The position numbers and the translations under genes were made by a program. Shown here in pieces: positions 50,288-59,409 of a stretch of 64,000 nt of DNA. Within the stretch, counting starts at the first letter, position 1, and the number at the start of each line of letters is the position of its first letter. The notes beneath the pieces are model-generated. The model was given only the letters and a program-made list of their open reading frames with translations, had not been told where the DNA came from and made no database searches. Origin of the DNA: an uncultured Bacteroidia bacterium (GTDB taxonomy: Bacteria > Bacteroidota > Bacteroidia > JAIBAJ01); contig OZ260106.1 in NCBI GenBank assembly GCA_965284645.1, positions 3,979,160 to 4,043,159 of the forward strand, written 5' to 3'.

Positions 50288-51498
50288 TTCCATTTTCCCC
50301 TCCACATATTACCCAGGAAGTAATTGATGAAGTTGTAGATTCGCTTAAATCAGGCTGGATAACAACCGGACCTAAAACCAAAAAACTTGAAGTCGAAGTT
50401 GCAAAGTATGTGGATAGTCCAAAGGTACTTTGTTTAAACTCTGCAACAGCGGGATTAGAATTAGCCTTGCGTTGGTTTGGAGTGGGTCAAGGTGATGAAG
50501 TTATTTTACCAGCTTACACCTATTCGGCAACGGCAAATGTAGTTATGCATTGTGGGGCTGTTCCCGTTTTGGTTGATGTGAATGCGCTCGACTTCAACAT
50601 TTCCATTGAGAATATTAGGAAAGCCATCACCTCCAAAACCAAAGTGGTTATGCCAGTTGATATAGCTGGATACCCTTGTGATTACGATGAACTATTGATT
50701 CTTGTTAAACAACAAGAAATACGAAAACAATTTGTAGCAAACCATCCTAACCAAAAAACACTTGGAAGAATTCTTGTGCTGGCTGATGCAGCTCATTCCT
50801 TTGGTGCCTATTACAAAAAAATTAAAGCATCCAAATGGGCAGATATGGCAGTTTTCTCCTTTCATGCTGTAAAAAATCTAACAACTGCTGAAGGCGGCGC
50901 ACTTTGTTTAAATCTTCCTTCGAGCTTTGATATTGAATCAGTTTATAAAGAATTAAATACAAAGGCTTTACATGGTCAAAATAAGGATGCATTAGCTAAA
51001 ACCCAAAAAGGGAACTGGGAATATGACATCGTGGAACCAGGCTTTAAATGGAACATGCCAGATGTATTAGCCGCCATTGGTTTAGCCACGCTTAGAAATT
51101 ATGATGAACAGGACTTGGTAAGACGAAAGGCTATCATGGAAAAATACAACCAAGCTTTTAGCTCATGTGCTTGGGCCGAATTACCTATTTTCCAATCCGA
51201 CAATAAAGTTTCCTCTTTTCATTTATATATGCTTCGAATTAAGGATATTACTTTGGAACAGCGAAATGCTATAATTCAAGAGATATTCAACCAAGATGTT
51301 TCGGTCAATGTACATTTTAAGCCACTGCCTTTACTTTCGGCTTATTCCAATCTATTCAAAATAGAGAATTACCCTATTTCCTACAATAATTACATTAGAG
51401 AAATCTCCTTACCTGTATATTTTGATTTAAATGACACCTTGGTAGACCAAGTAATTGAGGCGGTAAAAACCAGTGTGGCGAAGGTATTAGGTATTTAA
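50284..51498 (+). CDS. DegT/DnrJ/EryC1/StrS-family PLP-dependent sugar aminotransferase
   Basis: N-terminal FSPPHITQEVIDEVVDSLKSGWIT and the lysine region SFHAVKNL. Confidence 0.85.
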   Translation: MIPFSPPHITQEVIDEVVDSLKSGWITTGPKTKKLEVEVAKYVDSPKVLCLNSATAGLELALRWFGVGQGDEVILPAYTYSATANVVMHCGAVPVLVDVNALDFNISIENIRKAITSKTKVVMPVDIAGYPCDYDELLILVKQQEIRKQFVANHPNQKTLGRILVLADAAHSFGAYYKKIKASKWADMAVFSFHAVKNLTTAEGGALCLNLPSSFDIESVYKELNTKALHGQNKDALAKTQKGNWEYDIVEPGFKWNMPDVLAAIGLATLRNYDEQDLVRRKAIMEKYNQAFSSCAWAELPIFQSDNKVSSFHLYMLRIKDITLEQRNAIIQEIFNQDVSVNVHFKPLPLLSAYSNLFKIENYPISYNNYIREISLPVYFDLNDTLVDQVIEAVKTSVAKVLGI

Positions 51499-51499
51499 T

Positions 51500-51727
51500 T
51501 TAGGAGATAGTCAACACATCTCCTTCCCAAACCAAGCTATCACTTTCGCATGAGATATGGTGTTTTGTAACACCTTTATCAGCAAGGTAATCTCCTGTAG
51601 TAGACGTTGGAATATTAATTCTAACATTTTCAGCTAGGTGTTCAACTCCATCTATCAAGACTCTCCAGTATAGCCTGTTGTCTTTGCATTCTGTATTGTA
51701 TCTTAGCTTGATTGTATGCTTTTTCAT
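51500..51727 (-). CDS. Small hypothetical protein (75 aa)
   Basis: This ORF exactly fills the gap on the opposite strand inside the polysaccharide locus. No motif recognised. Confidence 0.3.
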   Translation of the reverse strand: MKKHTIKLRYNTECKDNRLYWRVLIDGVEHLAENVRINIPTSTTGDYLADKGVTKHHISCESDSLVWEGDVLTIS

Positions 51728-51785
51728 TGCTACAAAAATAGGATGATTATCGCAAAGAAAATCCCATTTATGGATTTAAAATCAA

Positions 51786-52118
51786 TTATTCCTTTTCAAC
51801 TACTACTGCGGTTCCATAGGCCAAAACTTCAGTCATACCGGCCATCACCTCATTGGCATCATACCGCATATTGATTATGGCATTTGCACCCGCTTGGTAT
51901 GCATGCATCAACATCAATTGCAGCGCTTCCTCTCTTGCCTTTTCACAAAGCTCTGTATAAATGGAATTTTTACCCCCAAAAATCGCCAAAATTCCTCCTG
52001 CAAAATTTCCAAAAACACTGCGAGAACGAACAGTAATACCTCTCACTAAACCAAGTTGCTTAGTGATTTTATACCCTTCCAAATGGGTACTTGTGGTTAG
52101 TAGTAAGGATGTTTGCAT
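51786..52118 (-). CDS. ybjQ: YbjQ/UPF0145 (heavy-metal-binding-like) family protein
   Basis: 110 aa with the YbjQ-typical GYKITKQLGLVRG...NAIINMRYD core. Confidence 0.75.
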   Translation of the reverse strand: MQTSLLLTTSTHLEGYKITKQLGLVRGITVRSRSVFGNFAGGILAIFGGKNSIYTELCEKAREEALQLMLMHAYQAGANAIINMRYDANEVMAGMTEVLAYGTAVVVEKE

Positions 52119-52188
52119 ACAAATTATTTTAAGGTAAAATTAGAAAAAATTATCGAATAACAAAAGGATTACCTTTCTTTGCCGAATC

Positions 52189-52779
52189 ATGGCCAAACGC
52201 CTTTTCGATATTCTTTTCTCGGTGTTAGTCCTACTTATCCTTACACCCTTCTTTCTTTTATTTTCAATTCTGATAAAATTCGGTTCCAAGGGTCCAGTTT
52301 TTTTCAAGCAAGTTAGAATAGGTAAAGGAGGAAAAGAATTCCTAATTTTTAAGTTCCGAACCATGGTATTGGATGCTGATAAGAAAGGTTTACTAACAAT
52401 TGGTGGAAGAGATCCGAGGGTTACTTCGATTGGTTATTACCTCCGAAAATTTAAGATGGATGAATTACCTCAATTTATAAATGTTCTTTTAGGAGATATG
52501 AGTATTGTAGGTCCACGACCAGAAGTAAAAAAGTTTGTTGACATGTACACCCAAGAACAACGAAAAGTGCTGTCAGTTCGTCCAGGAATAACGGATTACG
52601 CCTCCATCCTTTATAAAAACGAAAATGATGTCTTGGCCTCATATCCTGATCCAGAACAAGCCTATATTGATATTGTGATGCCACACAAATTAGGTATAAA
52701 CTTAAACTATGTCGCTCATCAATCCTTTTGGATGGATTTGAAAATTATTGGACTAACAGCCAAGGGTGTATTTTCATAA
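52189..52779 (+). CDS. Undecaprenyl-phosphate sugar phosphotransferase (small PglC/WbaP C-domain type initiating transferase)
   Basis: KRLFDILFS...PVFFKQVRIGKGGKEFLIFKFRTM...DELPQ motifs of the bacterial sugar-transferase family. Confidence 0.85.
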   Translation: MAKRLFDILFSVLVLLILTPFFLLFSILIKFGSKGPVFFKQVRIGKGGKEFLIFKFRTMVLDADKKGLLTIGGRDPRVTSIGYYLRKFKMDELPQFINVLLGDMSIVGPRPEVKKFVDMYTQEQRKVLSVRPGITDYASILYKNENDVLASYPDPEQAYIDIVMPHKLGINLNYVAHQSFWMDLKIIGLTAKGVFS

Positions 52780-52788
52780 TTTCGCAAC

Positions 52789-54687
52789 GTGATTTACAGA
52801 AGCCGTTCTTTTATGCCTCGTTGGGTAATATTTTTAACCGACGTTGCCATTGTGGTTTTGGCTTTTTTATTGGCCTACCAATTACGTTTCAATTTCCGAG
52901 TGCCATCACATGAATCATTCCGAGTAAAATCTGGATTAATCGTGCTTCTTGCTTTTAGAATTCCCCTTTTAATTCTATTTAGAACCTATGCAGGCATTAT
53001 CCTCTACACAAGTGCGGAGGATGCCATGCGCATTTTTGCCACCTTAGCAACAGGAAGTGGATTACTGGCTATTGCCAACATCTTACTTCCAAATTTCTTT
53101 CCAAACTATAACATTCCTTTGAGTGTTCTAATTATTGAGTTTTTGGTTTCAGGTTTTTTGAGTACAGGATATCGGATGGGAATAAAAACTATTTATGAAG
53201 AAATTTCTAATTTAAGAAAAGACAAAGTCAAGGTTGTGATTTTCGGAGCTGGACAAGAAGGAGTTATAGCGAAAAGAACCTTAGAACAAGACAAAAAGAA
53301 AAACAATGAGGTAGTTGCGTTTATAGATTACAAAACAGGTTTAGCAAACAAGAAAATAGAGGGGGTTCAAATTTTTGAATTAAAAAACGATTTGGATAGT
53401 TTATTAATAGAGAAAGAGGCCGAATTACTAATCATTGCGAGTCCAGGTTTACCCAACTCTCATAGGAATAAAGTGGTAGATGCCTGCCTAAAAAGTGACG
53501 TAAAGGTTTTATCCGTTCCTCCTTCCAGCAAATGGCTTAATGGAGAATTGAGTGTGAACCAGATCAGACAGGTAAAGATTGAAGAATTACTTGAAAGGGA
53601 ACCAATTAACCTTGATAAGGCTACCATAAGCCAACAGGTTCAGGGGAAGAAAATATTGATTACTGGAGCGGCAGGTTCAATTGGAAGTGAAATTGTAAGG
53701 CAACTCACCCAATTCAATCCATCAAAACTCTATTTATTAGACCAAGCTGAATCACCATTGTATGAGTTAGAACAAGAACTAAAACAAACATATGGATTTC
53801 AGAATTTTGAGGTTATTATTGGAGATGTTAGAAATGTAGAGCGCTTAGAGAATGTCTTTAATACATTTCGGCCACAGATTATTTATCATGCAGCAGCTTA
53901 TAAACATGTTCCTTTGATGGAGGATAATCCTAGTGAATCAATATTAACGAATGTCCTTGGCACAAAAATCACAGCAGATTTGGCCGTAAAGTACCAAACA
54001 GAGAAATTTGTTTTTATTAGCACTGACAAAGCCGTAAATCCTACTAATGTTATGGGGGCTAGTAAAAGGATAGCTGAAATGTATGTGCAGAGCAAAAACA
54101 ATCAGTTAAAACTTTTGGGTTCAGAACACACTCGATTTGTAACTACACGATTTGGAAATGTTCTTGGGTCAAATGGTAGTGTCATTCCCGTTTTTAAAAA
54201 GCAAATTGAAAATGGAGGTCCAATTACAGTAACACATCCCGAAATCACCCGATTTTTTATGACCATACCTGAGGCCTGTCAATTGGTTTTAGAAGCAGGC
54301 GCCTATGGAAACGGGGGTGAAATTTTCGTTTTTGACATGGGGGAACCGGTTAGAATTGCTGATCTAGCGCAGAAAATGATAAAATTGAGCGGTTTAGAAC
54401 CAGGGAAAGATATTCAGATAAAATACAATGGATTACGACCTGGTGAAAAGTTATTCGAAGAGCTTTTAAACAACCAAGAAAACACACTGCCTACCCATCA
54501 TTCCAAGATAATGGTAGCGAAAGTTAGGGAATATACTTTTGCGGAAGTAAATAAGGACATATTGGAACTGGTTGAATTATTTCATACTCAAAACAACAAC
54601 CTGATTGTTTCCAAAATGAAGGAAATGGTACCTGAATATATTAGTAATAATTCTATTTATGAAATATTGGATGGGAAACCGAAGTAG
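52789..54687 (+). CDS. Membrane-anchored nucleotide-sugar 4,6-dehydratase/epimerase (PglF/CapD/WbpM family)
   Basis: N-terminal 4 TM. NAD-binding motif GAAGSIGSE and active-site motif YKH. GTG start. Confidence 0.85.
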   Translation: MIYRSRSFMPRWVIFLTDVAIVVLAFLLAYQLRFNFRVPSHESFRVKSGLIVLLAFRIPLLILFRTYAGIILYTSAEDAMRIFATLATGSGLLAIANILLPNFFPNYNIPLSVLIIEFLVSGFLSTGYRMGIKTIYEEISNLRKDKVKVVIFGAGQEGVIAKRTLEQDKKKNNEVVAFIDYKTGLANKKIEGVQIFELKNDLDSLLIEKEAELLIIASPGLPNSHRNKVVDACLKSDVKVLSVPPSSKWLNGELSVNQIRQVKIEELLEREPINLDKATISQQVQGKKILITGAAGSIGSEIVRQLTQFNPSKLYLLDQAESPLYELEQELKQTYGFQNFEVIIGDVRNVERLENVFNTFRPQIIYHAAAYKHVPLMEDNPSESILTNVLGTKITADLAVKYQTEKFVFISTDKAVNPTNVMGASKRIAEMYVQSKNNQLKLLGSEHTRFVTTRFGNVLGSNGSVIPVFKKQIENGGPITVTHPEITRFFMTIPEACQLVLEAGAYGNGGEIFVFDMGEPVRIADLAQKMIKLSGLEPGKDIQIKYNGLRPGEKLFEELLNNQENTLPTHHSKIMVAKVREYTFAEVNKDILELVELFHTQNNNLIVSKMKEMVPEYISNNSIYEILDGKPK

Positions 54688-54688
54688 T

Positions 54689-55693
54689 TTAATTGGTGTC
54701 CAATATTTTCAACAATTCATCCACTTTCGGGGTAATAATAATTTCTGAACGTCTATTTTTCTGACGAGCTTCTTGACTATTTCCTTTGTCCAAAGGCACA
54801 TATTCGCTTCTTCCTGCAGAGGCAACTTGGGCAGGCTTTAACTTGCTATTTGCCAATAGAATCTTCGTAATTGCCGTTGCTCTCATTACGCTTAAATCCC
54901 AGTTATCCTTAACTTGGTTACTGCCATTGTACGGAACATTATCTGTATGGCCTTCCACCATGATACTGATATCAGTTTGCGACTCCAAAACCTTTGCTAG
55001 TTTTTTTAAAGCCTCTTGTCCTTTTGGATCAACCGCCCAGCTACCACTTTGAAACAATAGCTTTTCTTCTACAGAAACATAAACCTTTCCATTTCGTTGT
55101 TCAACTGTCAATCCATTATTCTTAAATCCAAGCAAAGCATCGGCAATTCTTTGCTTCAAGGCCTTTACGGCTGAATCTTTTCGGTAAATTATAGACTCCA
55201 ACTCCTTGGTTCTTTTTTCTCTTTCATCTAAATCCTTTTGGGCCTTTTTAAGGTTTGATTCTTGTTTATCCAATTCTACAGTCATTCTGCGCAACATTTC
55301 TTCCTGACCCACCAAGGCGTCTTGGGATTTTTGGAATAGTTCTGCCAATCGATTCTTGTCGGCAACAGCACCAGTTTCTAATAATTTAAACCTATCAGAT
55401 AAAATATCATGCTCACTACCGAGGGCTTGGTATTTAGCATCCAAAGCTCTTATCTGACTGCCTTGATTAGCAGTATCATTGGCCAATTGTACCAATTCCC
55501 TATTTATCCGATCAATACTTGCTTGTCGTTCATTGGAAAGCACTGTCATACTATCTAGATTTTTCTTGGTAAATGCCAATTCCTCTTCACATGCTTTTTG
55601 TTTGGCTTCTGTTTCTTTGTATTGCCTTGAAGAGACACACGATCCGACCATAATTGGTAAAAGTCCAAATGCTAAAATTCCAAATTTATTCAT
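54689..55693 (-). CDS. OmpA-family lipoprotein with an N-terminal coiled coil
   Basis: Lipobox MVGSCVSS, long heptad-like region, and a C-terminal OmpA domain (GHTDNVPY...NRRSEI). Confidence 0.75.
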   Translation of the reverse strand: MNKFGILAFGLLPIMVGSCVSSRQYKETEAKQKACEEELAFTKKNLDSMTVLSNERQASIDRINRELVQLANDTANQGSQIRALDAKYQALGSEHDILSDRFKLLETGAVADKNRLAELFQKSQDALVGQEEMLRRMTVELDKQESNLKKAQKDLDEREKRTKELESIIYRKDSAVKALKQRIADALLGFKNNGLTVEQRNGKVYVSVEEKLLFQSGSWAVDPKGQEALKKLAKVLESQTDISIMVEGHTDNVPYNGSNQVKDNWDLSVMRATAITKILLANSKLKPAQVASAGRSEYVPLDKGNSQEARQKNRRSEIIITPKVDELLKILDTN

Positions 55694-55796
55694 GCTTACT
55701 AAATATCAAGGTAAAAGTACATAGGCATATATCCTACAACGGACATTCAACAGGAACTTTTAAACATGAAAAAGAGGGAAACTGAAAAACAAAAAA

Positions 55797-55826
55797 AAAT
55801 CCTCCGAAAAACTATTCGGAGGATTT
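55797..55826 (-). terminator. Rho-independent terminator downstream of the collagen-like gene
   Basis: Hairpin atcctccg / cggaggat with a 10-nt loop, followed on the minus strand by a U9 tract (A9 at 55791-55799 on the plus strand). Confidence 0.5.
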
Positions 55827-55847
55827 CAAGATAGATATCAAAAATTC

Positions 55848-57227
55848 TTATTTTACAGATGCTTCTGATTTTGCATTTTTAAGAATTTCAACTTCTGCCT
55901 TCAAATCTTTAAGCATTTTACTCAAGTCATCTTGTGCAACAATTTTAGACTGTAAAGATTCAATTTGTTTTTGTTGTTCTTTTACTGCATTAACTAAGAT
56001 ATAAACCAAGGCTGAACTATCATACATCAGCAAATCCTCGGCTTTGGCATCAGTTTCTTTAAGTTTTTTGGTCACAGTTTCAACCATATAAGGAGCTACT
56101 GGTTTTACTTCTTGGGCAATAACCCCGATATAATCCTTTCCATTAGCCTGATATCCACCAAGTCCGTTGTATTTAAAACTTACTGGATTAATTTGCAGCA
56201 GAGTGGCCAATCCATCATTAAATGGTTTAATATCCTTTTTAAGACGACGGTCAGAAAATGTTTGCCAGCTGCCACCTCCTAATTTGGAAGCATCCCCATT
56301 TACAGAAAATAATTGGTCTGGAGAAAGGGTACCGATACCCACACGGGCATCAGAATTTATAGCCATAATTGGTTGAAAACCTCCATTTCCAACATCAGTT
56401 GCTCCGAAAATCACACGATCTCCTGTTCCATTAGGAGAAACACCATAGTTGTCTCCAAAATTTATGCGTAATTCGCTTTTGTCATCGCCTGCATTGTAAC
56501 GAGCAATCCACATATCATCTGAATTATTGCTACCAAAAGTTGGACCAGTTCCTCCGCCATCAAAGCGCAAAGCCCTTCCCAATTGAGGAAAAGTTGCTGG
56601 GGCAGGAGCTATGGTTTCTCCAATTATTAAATCACCAAAAGCAACTTGCAATTTAGCGCCTGGGGTAGTTGTAGAGATACCAACATTGGTGCCATCATCG
56701 GAGATAATGGAATTACACATATCGGTTGGAGAGGTAAATTTTGTTACAAAATTGGTGGTAGCTGTTTGACAAATAGTTCCGGGACCAGTAGCTCCTGTAG
56801 CACCTGTAGCACCTACAGCACCGGCAGGGCCTTGTGCACCAGCGGGGCCTTGCGCACCAGCAGCACCGGCAACACCGGCAGGACCTTGTGCACCAGCAGC
56901 ACCTGTTGGACCAGTTGGACCAGTTGAACCGACAGCACCTGAAATATCTCCGCAAATACTTACCCAAACTGGAGCCGTAGTTGTACCTCTATTGTAAAAG
57001 AAGCAACTTGAATCAGTGTCAAAAACTAATAAACTATGGTATGGGTTGTTAAGCCCCAATCTTTGAAGTGCATTAAGTCTTGGGACAAGCATGCCCTTAG
57101 TTGAAGAGGAAACATCCAAAACAGCAGAAGGATCAGGCGTAGTTGTTCCAATACCAACATTATTCTGGGCTAGAACACTTAAGGAAAGGAGCAAAAAGGA
57201 AAAAATGGATAGACCTAATTTTCTCAT
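55848..57227 (-). CDS. Secreted collagen-like (Gly-X-Y) repeat protein with a C-terminal peptidase-S74 intramolecular-chaperone (tail-fibre) domain
   Basis: About 26 consecutive GXY triplets (GPTGPTGAAGAQGPAG...). The C-terminal SDRRLKKDIKPF...LLQINPVSFKYNG matches the start of the endosialidase chaperone / S74 autoprocessing domain. Confidence 0.75.
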   Translation of the reverse strand: MRKLGLSIFSFLLLSLSVLAQNNVGIGTTTPDPSAVLDVSSSTKGMLVPRLNALQRLGLNNPYHSLLVFDTDSSCFFYNRGTTTAPVWVSICGDISGAVGSTGPTGPTGAAGAQGPAGVAGAAGAQGPAGAQGPAGAVGATGATGATGPGTICQTATTNFVTKFTSPTDMCNSIISDDGTNVGISTTTPGAKLQVAFGDLIIGETIAPAPATFPQLGRALRFDGGGTGPTFGSNNSDDMWIARYNAGDDKSELRINFGDNYGVSPNGTGDRVIFGATDVGNGGFQPIMAINSDARVGIGTLSPDQLFSVNGDASKLGGGSWQTFSDRRLKKDIKPFNDGLATLLQINPVSFKYNGLGGYQANGKDYIGVIAQEVKPVAPYMVETVTKKLKETDAKAEDLLMYDSSALVYILVNAVKEQQKQIESLQSKIVAQDDLSKMLKDLKAEVEILKNAKSEASVK

Positions 57228-57449
57228 TATAGAAATTTTCGGCTAAGTAAGTGTTTTTAATGAAATAAAGGACTGAAAAAATCAAGATAATTAAAAAATA
57301 TTAATCAAATTTTTTCTTTTTTCTTCAAAAATGAAATTCCCCCTGTTAATTTTAAAAACCTATACCATTCGTTAGCAGACTACTAAAACTAATTAACACC
57401 AATTAACGGTACCCTTAGAAAATAAATGTATTTCAAACAAAAATACGTT

Positions 57450-57457
57450 TACCTTTG
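57450..57457 (+). promoter_or_regulatory. Bacteroidetes -7 box (TAccTTTG) 14 nt upstream of the tRNA
   Basis: tacctttg at 57450-57457. Confidence 0.45.
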
Positions 57458-57471
57458 CAGTCCAAATTATT

Positions 57472-57545
<74 letters not shown>

Positions 57546-57555
57546 ACAGAATTAA

Positions 57556-57585
57556 AGCGCAAACTTCCATTTGCGCTTTTTTTAT
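57556..57585 (+). terminator. Rho-independent terminator after the tRNA
   Basis: Stem agcgcaaa / tttgcgct (8 bp), a 6-nt loop, then TTTTTTTA. Confidence 0.55.
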
Positions 57586-57613
57586 TTCCATCTTTACCTT
57601 TTTCAATTACACT

Positions 57614-58486
57614 ATGCATAAGTCAGGATATGTCAACATTATAGGCAAACCAAATGCAGGGAAATCGACCTTAATGAATGCCTTGGTTGGGGAAAAACTT
57701 TCTGTAATAAACGCCAAAGTACAAACTACTCGCCACCGGATTCTAGGAATCTTAAATCAGGAAGAATACCAAATTATTTTTTCTGATACGCCTGGCACAG
57801 TCGATCCAAAGTACAAACTACATGAACGTATGATGGATTATGTAAATGATTCATTTAAGGATGCAGATATCCTTATTCTTTTACATGATGCCGAAGACCC
57901 AAGACCTGATTTAGCAATAGTAGAAAAATTAAGCAAGGTAACAGTTCCAGTACTATTGGTTTTGAATAAGGTTGATATTTCCAAGCAAGAGAATATTCCA
58001 GCTATTAAACAAAGGTGGGAGGAATTATTGCCAGGAAAAGATATGCTATTCATTTCAGCCCTCCACGAATATAATACAGATTTACTTCTTCAGAAGTTAG
58101 TGGATTTACTGCCAGAATCACCTGCCTATTATCCCAAGGACCAACTAACAGATAAAACTGAACGCTTTTTTGTTTCAGAAATTATTCGCGGTAAAATGCT
58201 AAGTCTTTATGCCAAAGAGATTCCCTATTCCGCCGACATCCAAATTACTTCCTTTAAAGAAGAGCCTTCAATAACGAAAATTTCAGCCTTAATTATTACA
58301 GAAAGAGAAAGCCAAAAAGCAATCATTTTGGGCCATAAAGGAAACAAAATCAAACAATTGGGCACAGACTCAAGAAAAGAAATTGAAGAATTCATTCAAA
58401 AAAAGGTATTTCTGGAATTGGTAGTTAAAGTGGATAAGGATTGGCGAAACAATGATTTGTTTCTTGATCGAAGTGGATATGTTTAA
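57614..58486 (+). CDS. era: GTPase Era
   Basis: G1 motif GKPNAGKST, G3 motif DTPG, G4 motif NKVD, and a C-terminal KH domain. Confidence 0.9.
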   Translation: MHKSGYVNIIGKPNAGKSTLMNALVGEKLSVINAKVQTTRHRILGILNQEEYQIIFSDTPGTVDPKYKLHERMMDYVNDSFKDADILILLHDAEDPRPDLAIVEKLSKVTVPVLLVLNKVDISKQENIPAIKQRWEELLPGKDMLFISALHEYNTDLLLQKLVDLLPESPAYYPKDQLTDKTERFFVSEIIRGKMLSLYAKEIPYSADIQITSFKEEPSITKISALIITERESQKAIILGHKGNKIKQLGTDSRKEIEEFIQKKVFLELVVKVDKDWRNNDLFLDRSGYV

Positions 58487-58585
58487 GGCCTACATTTTTT
58501 CAATAGAAATTAACTTTTCCTTATTGGTCTGAATCAGAACAATTTTTGAAACATTTTTTCCAAATTTGGATAAAAGCGAAATCCA

Positions 58586-59398
58586 ATGAAAAACACCACT
58601 ATTAGACCAATTACCTTATTTTTTTTCCTTTTTCTTTCAACTTTATATGGTTTTTCTCAAGAAATCATCAAAGAGAAATGGCCTAATGGTAGGCTTAAAT
58701 CAACTGGAACCCTTTTAAATGGCAAAGAAGATGGCCTTTGGACATATTACTACGAAAACGGCCAAAAAGAGCGAGAAGGAACCTTCCTTGAAGGTAAAAG
58801 GCATGACAAATGGTCCGAATGGTACGAAAATGGGAAATTATGGACAGAGCAATACTTCAAAATGGATTTACCTGAAGGATACGCGGCTGAATATGACATG
58901 AATGGTCAAAAAGTGGAAGAGGGAACCTTTAAGGAAGGAAAACCAGCTGGACTATTTAATTCATGGTTTAATACTGGACAGCCCAAAAGCAGTGGGGAAA
59001 AGTATGGAGAAACATTGGAAGGCCATTGGATTTATTACCACGAAAATGGAAACAAGGACTCAGAAGGAGATTTTAAACAAGGGAAAAGAGCAGGTCTCTG
59101 GATAGAATATTTTGAAAATGGAAAATTAAAATCCCAAGGCTATTACATCAATGATATAAAAAATGGCAAATGGACTTTTTGGTTCGATAATGGAAGAGAA
59201 AAAGAAAAAGGAGAGTTCAGAAATGGATTTAAATATGGCAAATGGATTGAATGGTATGACAATGGACAAACCAAATCAATGGGCTCATATTTAGGAAATG
59301 AAAAAGATGGAAGCTGGCAATATTGGGATGATAAAGGTAATTTAAAAAGACAAGAATCATGGTTAGACAGGCAACTTATTGACAATAAAGATTTTTGA
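58586..59398 (+). CDS. MORN-repeat-variant protein (often annotated as YwqK-family antitoxin)
   Basis: Signal peptide plus about 8 repeats of G.W..YYENGQK..EG.F..GK..G.W. Confidence 0.7.
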   Translation: MKNTTIRPITLFFFLFLSTLYGFSQEIIKEKWPNGRLKSTGTLLNGKEDGLWTYYYENGQKEREGTFLEGKRHDKWSEWYENGKLWTEQYFKMDLPEGYAAEYDMNGQKVEEGTFKEGKPAGLFNSWFNTGQPKSSGEKYGETLEGHWIYYHENGNKDSEGDFKQGKRAGLWIEYFENGKLKSQGYYINDIKNGKWTFWFDNGREKEKGEFRNGFKYGKWIEWYDNGQTKSMGSYLGNEKDGSWQYWDDKGNLKRQESWLDRQLIDNKDF

Positions 59399-59409
59399 TT
59401 GTTCATTAC

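Noticed and set aside
56760-56940. Triplet-periodic GC-rich DNA repeat
   Set aside because: It encodes the Gly-X-Y collagen-like region of the 55848-57227 protein; it is not a non-coding tandem repeat.
55848-57227. Possible prophage, suggested by the tail-fibre S74 domain
   Set aside because: No integrase, capsid, terminase or tail genes occur anywhere in the window, and the flanks are ordinary chromosomal genes. It is treated as a host surface protein.
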